A stretch of 63,826 nucleotides of DNA, filler included, from Bigelowiella natans CCMP2755 (GCA_000320545.1; 7 parts of 7 records of this genome joined end to end with filler, not necessarily neighbours in it), one strand, 5' to 3'; shown: positions 28,561 through 40,482, numbered from the whole stretch's first letter. The notes: a model not told the origin generated them from the sequence alone. Translations and numbers: made by a program.

Positions 28561-29927
28561 ATGTATGGGTCGACAGCGGATTCTAAGACCCTTGCGAATC
28601 AAGCCGGGGATAGCCTAGAGGCCTTCCTTCGATCAGAGAAGCTTGGATCTTACACAGCAAAGCTGCGCGACTTGGAGATAACGTTAGAACTGCTTCTGGA
28701 ACTCAAGGTCGGTACTCACTTCGTGGCAACCTAGACGCACTCCATTATGGCTCCCAGACTCACTCCCGCTCATTTTCATCTCTTCACCCCGTTGGTACAA
28801 CGTTTCGTAGGAATGGGGTCCCATCAAAGATACAGGATTGAGTGTTGGAATGAAATTAAATGAGATAATGCGTCTTTTCCTTGCGTTAAAGAAATACCCT
28901 GATGAGAGTGGAGGTACAGCAACTACTATCATGCGAATCTTCATTCTATCATGTACAATGATTCCGCATTTTTACTTGTCTCTGTGTAATCGCATTCTAA
29001 AATGAACTTTTTGTAACGCCAGAGGAAGATTTTGATACTGACGATAATGACGAGATTTCACCGTCGTCCTCAAAGGCGTGCTGCGGCGGGAACTGGCTCT
29101 ACATTTACACGTCTTACCTTATGAAGCCCTTGGATATGATTCTGCCCTTCGATCATCGAACAGAATTTCGGCAGAAGATCCTCCGGGCCCACGACGGGGC
29201 GAAGATAAAGCAAATCTTCACGCAAGTCTGTGAATTGTGGATTCTCACATTTTCGCTGATATTCAACACGGTTGTGGGCTTGTGGGGGCTAATTCCCGAT
29301 GAGACCTCGTCTAGCATGACAGATACAGAGCGGCTGTGTTGGGAGATCTGTTGCCTTTTGGCATGTACTACATCGTTGGGTGTTGTGATCTCAATGTGCC
29401 TCTTCAGTTTAAATATTTCGCTTTGTTCGAATAGCAATGTGAAATCATATTTAGTGATTACATCGGGAGCGTGGGCATTTGCTGAAAATTCCATATTGAT
29501 TGCAACGTACTCAACGTTCCTGTCCGTTGTCTTTTTGGGGTAAATATTCATAAAATGATGATGTTTGGGGGGAGAGGGGAAGGGGGATGGAGAAAATTTC
29601 CTAGAGCTTGATTTACATACTTTAAATTTGGATGTATCATGAGAATTTGTCTTCATCAGGTACACTAGGATACGCGAAGTCGTTCCTCCTGCAAGTTATG
29701 CGGCCCAGTTCGTTGTTCCAATATGTTTTATTGTGTACATGATGCTAATGATCATGTGTGTAAACTACATTTCATATGCATCTGTGCATGGGGGTCTGAT
29801 GCACAAAACCAGGGTCGCAAGGAACCTAAAAAACTACCGTCGGCAGATCTCGCAAAAATCTGTTCAAGTCGAGGAGCATGCTGTTAAGGCTGCGGTCATC
29901 GAACAATTCAGAAAATATTATGACTAA
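28561..29927 (+). CDS. SAM-domain protein with about 4 transmembrane helices (4 exons)
   Basis: SLEAFLRSEKLGSYTAKLRDLEITLELLLELK|EWGPIKDTGLSVGMKLNEIMRLFLAL is SAM-like. It is followed by hydrophobic segments LWILTFSLIFNTVVGLWGL, CWEICCLLACTTSLGVVISMCLF, ILIATYSTFLSVVFLG and FVVPICFIVYMMLMIMCV. Introns are in phase. Confidence 0.7.
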
Positions 29928-30399
29928 GAACATTTTTGTGGGGAAGTCGTTTTGTCAGAGAAATATTGCATGCTCGTGCACCACGTGCTAGCGTGTATGT
30001 GAACGTAGCAACATCGCATGCGTAAGTCATTGTAAATAGAGAGCCATCGAAAATAACGGTCATGCATATTAGGGATACTTACTTCGCTATTTTCATGCTC
30101 GTGGGCGGCTTATGCTGCCGTGTTAATAAACATGAGCAAGATGCGCATTCTAGATATTTTCTCTATTGCATGAGCCAACTACATTGGATGCATCGCTGTC
30201 TGAGTATAGAGGTGTCTAATCATCTAGCATGGTGTGCACGTAGCATTACATTACATCAATTGACAGTTCGAGAAACATGTGTTTCAGTTGGGACACGCAT
30301 CACCTCACAGGACCGGAAGTATCGATTGCACACACATTCTAATGCAACATTCCAACTTCTAATTCGTATGTTAGCCCCAGGAATTTAGATGTATGTTGC

Positions 30400-31815
30400 T
30401 CACTTTATCAACACAAGTTGGTCGTCATTCTTTCGAACATTTGAGAGCATAGAACCTGCACGATTTTTTTGGTAGTTACATTCATTTCCAAGACGATAGT
30501 GGAAAGCGTCGATGATTGCTGGAGTATCGTCATGTTCGTCCTTTATTCCAAGGCATTGGATATGTAAGTCGTTACCATCTTTCGAAACTTTCACGTTTAA
30601 GATATGGTGGTGACCGTCTTCGCGGAAGGCTGTGTAAGCTTCGGGGATTTTATCCCTAAAATGACTGAAATCCTTATGTTGGTTGCTAAGCTTCCCCCCA
30701 GGACTTGCCTTGACAAAAATTGTGCCTTTCGTGGACGAGTCGTAACAATTAATGTTTTCGCTACGCTCAACTCTATAGAATTTGTCCTTTTCACTGCTAC
30801 TTGCCAGCACGGGATGAGTCCTCTCATAATTCTGATCATGAGCATTAAGGACAATGCGAACCCCATAATTTGTGAAAATCCCAAGCAATTGTTGCCGTAG
30901 AATCATGTTTGAAGGATGACTGTGCCCATTTGCGAACGGCGCCACGTGGAAAAAGGGAATTGCCCATTTTACATCTGGGTCATTAGCAGCTGCCTTTAGT
31001 TCAGCCTCTACCCACTCGAGACCTATCTGATCCAATCCTTTATTGCATTTTGGTGCTGCAATCGAGATGAAACGAACCGATGCCACAGTAAACGAATAGA
31101 AAGAACCGGTATCTTCGCTTACTCCATGGGGTAGTACAAATCTTCTCTTCCAGTATTTCAAGCCCTCGTATTTTTCATGGTTTCCGTATGTAGGCATTAG
31201 CACAGACTTGCTCGCGAAAGGTTTCATTTGTTCGAAGAACATATCAATCGACTGCTCAACACTTGAATACCGTGAATCCGTATCAGAGTAGGCTAAATCA
31301 CCACCCAAAAGAACCAATAGAGGATCGAGGCTACTAATTAAGGATACAACACGCTCTGTGCTATTTGAGAGCCCGTCTGCCCTATCCATTAAGCCCAAGT
31401 CACCAACAAAAACAAATTGAAAACTTTGATCGTGTGAAGTCGGAGCAGGAGCTGTCCTTACATTGAATACATCTGAAGACCATTTTTCGCTGTCTTCCAT
31501 CACTTCGATTCTGTATGTCGTAGAAGGTTTTAAATTTTTTGCCGTTGCCATCCAGAGACTTCCTCTGCTTGTCCCTGTGTGCTTCAATCTACCTTGAACT
31601 AGATGACAATCATGTTCCCCTTCACAGAATCGGGCCTCCAGTTGATGACTGCGATGGCGATGATGATGCTTAACTCCATCCCAAATCACCGTTAGGGATT
31701 CAGATGTGACTTTTGCATCTCCAGTATGAGACCAGCTAGCATGAAATTGCGTTGAGGAGCGTACAGGTGCGGTCAGAAAGGCCACGGCCAACAGGATCAT
31801 CTGTTTGATCTCCAT
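30400..31815 (-). CDS. Secreted purple acid phosphatase / metallophosphoesterase (FN3-like + catalytic domain), intronless
   Basis: Signal peptide MILLAVAFLTAPVRS; motifs GDLG, GDLAY, GNHE, PFFH, AHDQNYER in the 505-aa ORF 30400-31917. The true start is probably at 31815 or 31800. Confidence 0.9.
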   Translation of the reverse strand: MEIKQMILLAVAFLTAPVRSSTQFHASWSHTGDAKVTSESLTVIWDGVKHHHRHRSHQLEARFCEGEHDCHLVQGRLKHTGTSRGSLWMATAKNLKPSTTYRIEVMEDSEKWSSDVFNVRTAPAPTSHDQSFQFVFVGDLGLMDRADGLSNSTERVVSLISSLDPLLVLLGGDLAYSDTDSRYSSVEQSIDMFFEQMKPFASKSVLMPTYGNHEKYEGLKYWKRRFVLPHGVSEDTGSFYSFTVASVRFISIAAPKCNKGLDQIGLEWVEAELKAAANDPDVKWAIPFFHVAPFANGHSHPSNMILRQQLLGIFTNYGVRIVLNAHDQNYERTHPVLASSSEKDKFYRVERSENINCYDSSTKGTIFVKASPGGKLSNQHKDFSHFRDKIPEAYTAFREDGHHHILNVKVSKDGNDLHIQCLGIKDEHDDTPAIIDAFHYRLGNECNYQKNRAGSMLSNVRKNDDQLVLIK

Positions 31816-32476
31816 TTGTGCTGTACTGCGGGTATTTAAACCAGAGCACATATCAAGTTGTCTCTGCAAGCCGTCGGCCTTCATTTGAAAGTGGAATTTA
31901 TTGCAAATGTCGGTCACTGCCAGTTACCATCGGTGAGTACATCGGGAGAAAAGCACGGCTCAGAGAAATACTGAAAGGAGAAAGGAGAGAGTTGTGTCTG
32001 ATTCTACATTACCCGGGCGCACGTGGCGAAACCTAATTTGATGATGAAATATGCATGCGACATGGATCATCCGTCGATTTATACTACGCTCGGCTGGCCC
32101 GACCGTCAGATCTTGTACTCCCAGGTATGCAGCACACGAGCTAGTTCCAAAAGCGGTTTTGTCAAAGTTTTGTGTTACAAATGAAGTCGTAGAGGAATAA
32201 TGCAGCGCGTATCTCTGCAATAAATTTCATCGTAGCTCAGGAACATCGGTTGTCCCTAATTTTTTGGTGCTGCGTCTGCGCGGAACCCAGACCTAAATAA
32301 CTCCGAGAGATTTTGACATCGAGAACGAATTATCCTGTATTTGATTATAAACGGCAAAGAGATATGGAAGATTATGAGCGAATTACAGGGAATCTGTAGC
32401 TTTATTCCGAAACTTAAAATGCTTAAAGAGCTGTTTGTGACACGGAGCCGCGTAATTCCCAAATTCCTGTTGCAAC

Positions 32477-33604
32477 ATGCTCCCCACCCTCGTGGTGCTC
32501 ATCTCCCTTGCACCAGCCTCCTGTGTGTTTATAGCTCAGCATGAGTCTTTAAGGGCAACCTCTAAGGGAACCGTTGAGCATCATCATCACCACCACCACC
32601 ATCACTACCAGCATGACGATCGTCAAGCGGAGCTTCTCATATATCGTCCAAAAGCGCGATGGAGAGGATTGTAATTTTCTTATTTACATTTGCATTCTGA
32701 GGGTCTAATTTAGCGACACTCAGGTTCTCTATATTTTCTCACTCTCTTCGATATCTTCGTGACAATGGCGATCGTAGTCTTCCTATCAAGATGGAGTGGA
32801 CAGACCTTCCGAATTACACCTACGGAAAGGACAAGAAACGAAATCTTTGGGATGATTTCTTTTTGCAACCATATGAGGTAGGCTCACATGTTGAATATGA
32901 TTTCTAGAGTAAAAAAACCTTTTAACATAATTTTACTTATCAATGAAATTAAGGTGATGGGATACAAAAATGTCACCGGGAAAGAGTATGCCGAGGTAGA
33001 AGAAGAGCACAAGTACATGAAAGAAGACCTTAGCGAAGGCTTTGGAACAAAAAAGGGCATTGAAATATCAGAAGAGAAAATGGAACTTGGTCGAAACCTA
33101 GTCCAACAATACATCCGAGTGAAACCTAATATCCAGGCCGAAGTAGCAGAATTTTACGCGAAGCACCTTTCAGGGTTTAAATCACCTGCTGCAGTACATA
33201 TCCGTCTCACTGACAAGATCACTCAATCAGAGGAGAACTTTGAGTCGAAAGCAGACTTCCGCAAAAAAATTGAAGAATTTATGGCGTCGAATGGACACGA
33301 TGCCTTTTTTCTTGCAACTGATAGTGCAAAGGTTAAATCTTATCTCAAGAAATATTTTGGTGAGAAATGTGTAGTATACCCATCGACCCTATCGACAAAT
33401 AATTCCCATCACGGTGCAGTCCATAAAGACCTTAGCATTCGAGGATTTAAAAAGGCCAAGGATATCGTCATGGAGACATTAATAATGGCTAGCTGCGATG
33501 CATTTATCTCCACTTTCTCGTCTGTTTCCAATGGTGTGAGGTGGCTTGGACAAAGCAAGCTGGCAAAAGATCATCATTACTTCCTTCACGAACATGATGC
33601 TTGA
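32477..33604 (+). CDS. NodZ/FUT8-type (GT23 clan) fucosyltransferase, 3 exons
   Basis: Signal peptide, poly-His, RGL|FS...NLWDDFFLQPYE|, motif I VHIRLTDK, motif II FFLATDS, motif III METLIMASCDAFISTFSSVS. Introns at ~32671-32723 and ~32878-32953. Confidence 0.85.
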
Positions 33605-34571
33605 ATCATGAGCTATAATTACTTTAAACTCCAATGTGAGATGCTGGTATAAATTATTCAAGCAAAGAAGTCACATCACATGTGTTTGTTTTATGTAAAG
33701 TTCCTAGCAATTATCAATAAATGCACAAACAACAAACATTCAGGGTCTTTTTGGAAATCACAAGTATCGAGTTTATGTGCATTTTAGTTTCAAATTTTAG
33801 TTTCAAATTTTAGTAAAAGCATTCTACCTTTTATCAATGCATTTACATTGCAAGCAAATACGAATTTGGGCTTTTAAGGTAGTGATGACACCTTCCAAAG
33901 CACGTGACAGCACTGTGGGTTCAAGGTGAAAGCAGGCGCATGAAGACCTAGCTAGCTAGTCAGTGGATGCACCCTCTAGCAGTAATTCGTGCACTGCCAG
34001 ACTGATTCATGTTCAAGTATTGCAAGTTGACATGACAAATCATCGCGCATGCACACTTCATGTTTTCACAACTTCACAACGATGTGTCCAAAGGTCACTA
34101 GCTCAGCTTCCCCAACTAGCTAGCTAGCCAATCTGGCAACTTGCTTGCTCTAGCTAGCTAGTGCTGATCATTGCATGAACAATTCAACTTCTGGATTTCT
34201 AGATGTGCGCATATCTCTAGACTAGTAGATCTAGACAGGAATGATTGCGATGGCAGATGACAGTTTAGCAGTGCTTGTGCAATACTAGACAACAGTCTAA
34301 CAGTGCTAGAGTTCTAGCACTGAAGCAGACATCGACCTCGCAATGACTGTCACACACCAACACATCTAGACATGCTAGCATGTTCATTCCCAACCCTAGC
34401 TAGCTAGCACTTGCGCACTCGAATGCTTTGTGACAGTTTAGTGACTAAACATGAGCATTGGTTCATGCATGCGATGCTGTGGGAAAACAATGCAAGCTGC
34501 TGCCCGCACAACTGACAGCGACCATTGAAAGATGACTTGTCTCGATGGACTGGATGCATCAAATGCCACGC
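33605..34571. terminator. Palindrome-rich convergent intergenic zone (fucosyltransferase / PI3K)
   Basis: AATAAA at ~33715, multiple CTAGCTAGCTAG, CATGCTAGCATG at 34371; function inferred. Confidence 0.45.
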
Positions 34572-37176
34572 TTAGATCCCTGCTTCTTGAAACTCTGTAT
34601 CTTGTTTTTGAAATACGTTCGATAGGATTCCGGAGCATTCACGATCTGCTTCATGAGTGTTGCCCTAGCCGTTTCTCTGTCAACTCCTAGCATCAATGAT
34701 CTGATACGCATTTTAGCAGAGATGCAGATTGTGAATCATGTAGCTATTGCTGAGTTTGGAAATTGTTTGGCAGCACTAACTTTGTGAGGAATCCAGAGAC
34801 TTTCTCCTTGGGAAATATTACTGAGAACATCTACAAGACATGGACAATCAAAGGTCTACACCAATGTTTCACAGAGAATGCAAAATGTTAGATAATGCAA
34901 AAACTACCGTTGGGACTAGTGCATGTATCAAATGCACATTCTTTGGATCTCTTAATACTTCAAATGCAAGGAGACATATCCTTACGAATTCATTGAAGAC
35001 TTCACTGTTTATGGATCATGAAAAACATTTCATGTTTGAAAGATACATATTGGTGAATGTTGATAGTGTACGTTCCAATTTCGTCACGGAATTCTTTGGT
35101 TATCGCGAATGAATCTGTATCCAATAGGAGAGCATCCCCGAATACTCGGCCAAAATCGATGTGAAACATCACCTTAATCCGCAAAATTTTCGCATTATTT
35201 GCATGTCTTTGGAACGAAACACAGTTGCTTGCAATAACCCCGTCTGCTCTGATCATTATATTTTCATCGTGTCGATCTCTAATTCCCAGGACGAAGGATG
35301 CAATGTAGCTACCAGCCCCGGTTGCCACCAATTTTCGAATCTAAATTGGTCATGAGGGTTATTTTGGATTTCTATATTATGATTTGGGAACCTTATCTTT
35401 AGAGAGTGGCTGGATTTTCTGCACTCGGGACAGCGGAAAGCAGTTTTCAACATATTCAATTGCTCTAAAATTTTTAACACCCAGAGAATATTATATTATT
35501 GATTGTACCCAGCATAGAATTTTAGCCCGGCATTTCAGTTACCCTATTTTAATTCCCGTTGCGCACGTACTGTATGCATGACATCTAACATCGGTGTTTT
35601 GGTGTTGGAGGCCACTTTTCCTGCAAACGTCGCGATTCTATGAAATTACTCAAATGGTACATCGTAAGCGTGGACATACCTCCAAAGGTGGTTAAAGAGA
35701 CGAAACACGGTCATAGCTACCACAAAGTATGCAAACGCAGAATTGAGAGTGAAGGAAATCAGACATTATTGGGGAAAATCGTGGCTTATTTACTTGCAAC
35801 GTCTTGTCTGAAATCATCTCCTTGTTTCACTATAATTTTCATTGGAGCAATTTTTGACTCGACTTCTCTCTCTGTAAAAGTCAATGATCAAAATAAAAAA
35901 TTTTCATTCTCGCTTTGTGGTACCAGGTATCATTGCGACCAAAACTGGTTTCGAACTTGTCTTAAAATCTGAAAGCACTCGTAACTTGGGTAGATAAGGA
36001 AATTAGGCACCAGGAGTTACGCGATTAGTTTGATTTATGTAACCTGATGCACTTGGAATTCTTCACTATGAAAAGGGTGCAGAACTCGTCCTTTTGTCTC
36101 CATCACGAAGCCCTTCTTCAATTTCTTTCTATTTTTCTAAATCAAAACATGCTAATAATCTAAGATCGTTCAACTCAATGACCATGAAGAACCTTTTGCA
36201 TAAGAGTATTCGTCGGGAAATCGTGCATTAATGTGTCTCCAAATCCCTTTCCATCGAATAAAAACGGATTAAAAATGAATCAAGTTTTCTGAACTAGCCA
36301 AGTAACCGAGTTAGGAGCCGACAGAACACGATAGATTGCACCGAAAATGCCGGGAGATCTCACTGACCTAAGGATATATGAATATGATTTTGGTCCGGTG
36401 GACTGCACGTCTCTGAACCTTGAGAGAAACACTAGGGACATCATCTGTGCAACTCTCGCACTGTTCTGCACTCGCTGAAAAATAGATCATTTTTTGGAAT
36501 CAACTATTTTGTTATTCAGAACACATTCAATTTTTAGGTTACATCCTTTAAGGCTTCTACAGCCTTTTCCTGCCTTGACTTGAACCAAAATGGTGTCGAC
36601 TCAATACACAAGCAAATAAAAACCAGATATAGACATAAATCTAACTCCGAGCTTTCCTGAAAAGGCACTACAATTATTATTATTATCTATTGAGCCTTGG
36701 AGCTGGTGTACCTGTATGGCCTTCGCAACTCCTCTTCCCTTGGATTAGATTTAAATTACATATAGTTTTGGGATGATGACTTTCATCGCTACCTGAATGA
36801 TGCAGTTAAGGATGTTTGTTTTCGGAGGTGGAGGCGGACTGCCAGCTTCTCGGGTTAAAAGTCATAATCACTCACCATTTTAATTAAATATGAAAACAAC
36901 TCTACCTTCAAAATTGAAAGCTCTTCCACGTGATAATGTGGCTGTTGATGATATACTTTGTTGCATCGTCTTATCTTTCGCACCCATTTTCCTTGATGTC
37001 ACGACTCTTGCTTGTGGGGTTCCATATCCACTAATTCTACTTTTCATGTTTTGTTCCAGATTTCTCTATGAAAACGGAACATTGCATGGATGAATACGAT
37101 TGACCTATAATGGTATAATGGTATGCAGTCTCACCCGAAGAATTTCTGAGACTTTCAGCCGGCTTTTGTTTGTCAT
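34572..37176 (-). CDS. Phosphoinositide 3-kinase-like protein (catalytic domain, short N-terminus), many short introns; N-terminus uncertain
   Basis: Spliced: FKTSSKPVLV...KIIVKQGDDFRQDVATMTVFRLFNHLWRKSGL...AYSTCATGIKIGAIEYVEN...GSYIASFVLGIRDRHDENIMIRADG|VMFHIDFG...SLMLGVDRETARATLMKQIVNAPESYRTYFKNKI...*. Confidence 0.88.
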
Positions 37177-37700
37177 ACTTCTTGAGGGTTTTTTCTTAAA
37201 TAATTGTCAATGTTCTCATAATTGGATCAAACAGCAGGGTGAGTAAAACATACTGGGCGGGGCGAAACCTTCGGAAGACGAACGCTAGCAGATGCTAAAG
37301 TTGCAAACTTAGGACGTTTTCTCATTTTCTCGATCATCGGTGTATGCTGATCATTGTTTTAAATTTTATAGGGCAAGATCGAGATCTGTTAGATATAAAC
37401 CTTGATTTTTTTCCAGCTGGGCATGCCCTTTCGCCACACCAATGTATCGATTGTTATCTCCCCCCTATCGATTTCTTCTTGAAGGTAAGTTTCAGTGGCA
37501 GGACCTATTTCATTTGAAATGAACTTTTAAATATTTTTCATACCTGCGCGCATTTTCAAACACACATGCAAAGATAGCGCTCTCGTTGCATTGACACGTT
37601 TCACCTTTTTGTTTTCCTTTTGAGGCATAATACCAAGAGGGCACCTCCTCCTTCGATGTCTTCATTAAAGGCAAAGGCGAAGGTAGGGCATTCGTGAGAG

Positions 37701-37748
<48 letters not shown>

Positions 37749-38035
37749 TGAAGAGGATGGACTAAAGTTTCAAAACCACCATGTGGCAAGGTGGCAACAA
37801 AGCTCGAATATTACCGAATTAATATTCTTACCATGGGATCCGAAAAGCTACTGCGACACTGTTTTTCTGCCCAAGCCAATCCAAATCAACTGGCATGTCC
37901 ATACATGCTTCAGGCAGGGATTTTCACTATACTTCCGCAAAACATGTTGTCGCTCTCATGTTCTTCCAGGTGGTAAGTCCCATTTGGTCGGCAATGCTCC
38001 TATTTCCACATTTCAGCACTAACTTAGAACGCTCC

Positions 38036-38229
38036 ATTTGGAGCTCGCCTCTTGTCTCAGGCAATAAATGAAAGCCGACTTGGGCTGTCCGCAGTTATTG
38101 CCGGTGCTTATCTTGTGAAAACACCCTAACTGAAATCACTTCGCGTGATCACGACACCCTTTGTTGCAAAATATTTGGAGCTCCCCTCTTGTCTCAATCA
38201 ATAAATGAAAGCCGATTGGGGCTGTACCG
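38036..38229 (+). repeat. Imperfect ~55-bp direct repeat pair
   Basis: ATTTGGAGCTC(G/C)CCTCTTGTCTCA..CAATAAATGAAAGCCGA...GGGCTGT at 38036 and 38173. Confidence 0.85.
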
Positions 38230-38671
38230 ATGCATATCTTTAGTACTTGACCACAAGTGTGCTACAAATAGACCCTTTGACATCGTGAGCACAAAGGCCA
38301 GCTTTGCTGCCAGCAGGAAAAAGGACGTCCCGAGAAATTCAGTGATCGTCTTTGAGGGAATCCTTACCTTGCGACTTGATTAACGGAAGCAGCCACAGGG
38401 GAAATACCATGGTTTTCCACACTCTTCTAGGGAAGTTCGCCGTAGGAAAATCTTAGTTGTCAAAATTTCATTAAACCAGGTACGAAAATGGTTTCCCTCA
38501 CTGCTCGCTGCATCATGTGAATTGTGAATGTGTATAATGATGTGTAATTTTGACATATGTGATTCCTCATTCACCATGTTTTGACATGTAAAAGCTATTC
38601 ACAAATTACCAGTAAAAATCCACAATCCTTATAGTTGTATGGCATGACAAAGTAGGAAATTTTAGGCGAGT

Positions 38672-39724
38672 ATGTTCACTTTGCTCGCAATTTTCTTCGC
38701 CTTTGGTACAAATGGTTCCTTGTTGGAAGAACAAGACCCTAACATTTATGTACTAGACTCTGTGTACAAGGAAGTTGGAAGTATCTCCCCTCTTCACAGG
38801 AATGTCTTCGAGCATCTTCGACGAATATCTGTTAAAAATCCAGCAAACGCCGATTTCATCTTCGTTGACGTAGATACATTTATGCAAAAGTTCTGGCCAG
38901 TTTATTTGAAGACTTCGAACAGCAAACACCATCCAATGATTCTTGATTCTGACACCGAGATACAGCACTTATGGAAAGAAAAAGTCTACATAGATACACT
39001 CAAAACCTTCCTCCGAGAGCGCCCTAAGCAAAACATTACGGCTAAATTTGTTTATTTTTATGACATTGACTATAAGCGCAAAAAGGATGTACTCCGACGA
39101 CACCGAGTTCGCGAGATGCTAAAGGATTATAATTGTGTATACTTGGGCAATGATATTGTAAAGCAGGATGTCGAATCAGCTCCAGGCGTCAACATATTAC
39201 CCCCCATCAACAAATATCTTCGTAGCACTATAGACCTCGTAGAGAGAGGTGATAGGGAAATTCTTGTTACATTCCGAGGGCGCAGTTCAACAGACCATTT
39301 GAAACGTGTTCGGAGCGCAATCTTCAACTTAAAGTCTGAGGATACAAAGGTCGATCTCCTTGATACCCTCTACAACAATGGGCCAGCAGGTGAGTTGATC
39401 AAGGCTTACAAAAACAGCGATTTCTCGTTCTGTCCAGGCGGAACCAAACCATATTCCTTCCGTCCTGGAGAAGCATTAACATATGGCTCCATTCCTGTCA
39501 TCATGATTGATGATGCTGTCCCCATCCAGTCCAATAATTGGACTGATTGGGCGGTAATCATTCCAGAGGATCAGGTCGATAATGCAATTGATATCTTGAA
39601 GAAAATTCCTGAGTCCAAAAAGGAAGAAATGTTTCAAGCAGGGCGAGAGATGGCTCGTTGTGTCAATAGTATCCCAGGTTATATTAAGTGTATGCTGAAA
39701 GCGCTTAAAATCAATTTTATGTGA
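38672..39724 (+). CDS. Exostosin-family (GT47) glycosyltransferase, intronless, signal peptide
   Basis: NPANADFIFV, LVTFRG, YKNSDFSFCPGGTKPYSFRPGEALTYGSIPVIMIDD..P...NWTDWAVIIPE are GT47 hallmarks; AATAAA overlaps the stop. Confidence 0.9.
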   Translation: MFTLLAIFFAFGTNGSLLEEQDPNIYVLDSVYKEVGSISPLHRNVFEHLRRISVKNPANADFIFVDVDTFMQKFWPVYLKTSNSKHHPMILDSDTEIQHLWKEKVYIDTLKTFLRERPKQNITAKFVYFYDIDYKRKKDVLRRHRVREMLKDYNCVYLGNDIVKQDVESAPGVNILPPINKYLRSTIDLVERGDREILVTFRGRSSTDHLKRVRSAIFNLKSEDTKVDLLDTLYNNGPAGELIKAYKNSDFSFCPGGTKPYSFRPGEALTYGSIPVIMIDDAVPIQSNNWTDWAVIIPEDQVDNAIDILKKIPESKKEEMFQAGREMARCVNSIPGYIKCMLKALKINFM

Positions 39725-40480
39725 ATAAAGTTGATGTTCTGCAGCTGATGCACAGATAGCTAGACACTTTTAAAAGTAATACACTTTAATTAATGATGCT
39801 TCAAAATTTTATAAATACATAAATGACAGTAACTGCATGATCCCATGCGCGGTACTGTTGATAAAACCTACATTTCTGCGTGCGCACGGACACGCACATG
39901 GATCGATGCTGTTTTTATTTCTTTGCCCATTCTGCTAGTGAACATGAGCATCCTTGCTCACACAATGTCGACTAGACAATAGATGCTTGATCGCCAAGTT
40001 CAACTACACGCAGGCATTCTAGCGTTGCATGCTAGCATGCTAGCTGTTGCGTCCTAGCGTTGTGAATGTGTGGGAAAATCCGCGCGCGCATGCTAGCATG
40101 CACACATCACTAGATCATCTCAACTGAATGATAGACATGTCTAGACACATGTGGTGCCAAATGATTTAAATTTCATGCAGTTTTCGATGTCAAGCTAGCA
40201 AGCGCTAGCAAGGTGTACTCATAGAATTAAGCAGAGCTAGAGAGGATGACATGAGTTTCAAACTTTGTCTTTTCCTCGGCGACGTATGTAAGACTTGTCT
40301 GTCCTTCTAGCCTTGGCTAGCTTGCTAGCTTGGGTGTGAAAGTACCTCGCCATATTTTGTATTATCTTTTGTGAAATAGATCCTCTGGTACGCGAGAATA
40401 GTCTAAGCCTAAATTTTGGGAGAATTAAGGCCCACACTGCTACAAGACGAACACTGTTGATAGTAAATAGACAGTCCCGC
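39725..40480. terminator. Palindrome-rich convergent intergenic zone (GT47 / GT60)
   Basis: GCATGCTAGCATGC at 40027 and 40088, many CTAG/AGCT; function inferred. Confidence 0.45.
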
Positions 40481-40482
40481 CC

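Noticed and set aside
33781-33814. 13-bp tandem repeat ATTTTAGTTTCAA
   Set aside because: About 2.5 copies; ordinary slippage, not telomeric.
38036-38229. CRISPR-like repeat-spacer
   Set aside because: Only two imperfect copies, eukaryotic context, no cas genes.
28200-40480. Endogenous giant virus or bacterial contaminant
   Set aside because: Three genes have spliceosomal introns, there are no viral hallmark genes, terminal repeats or operon layout, and host-type intergenic zones are present.
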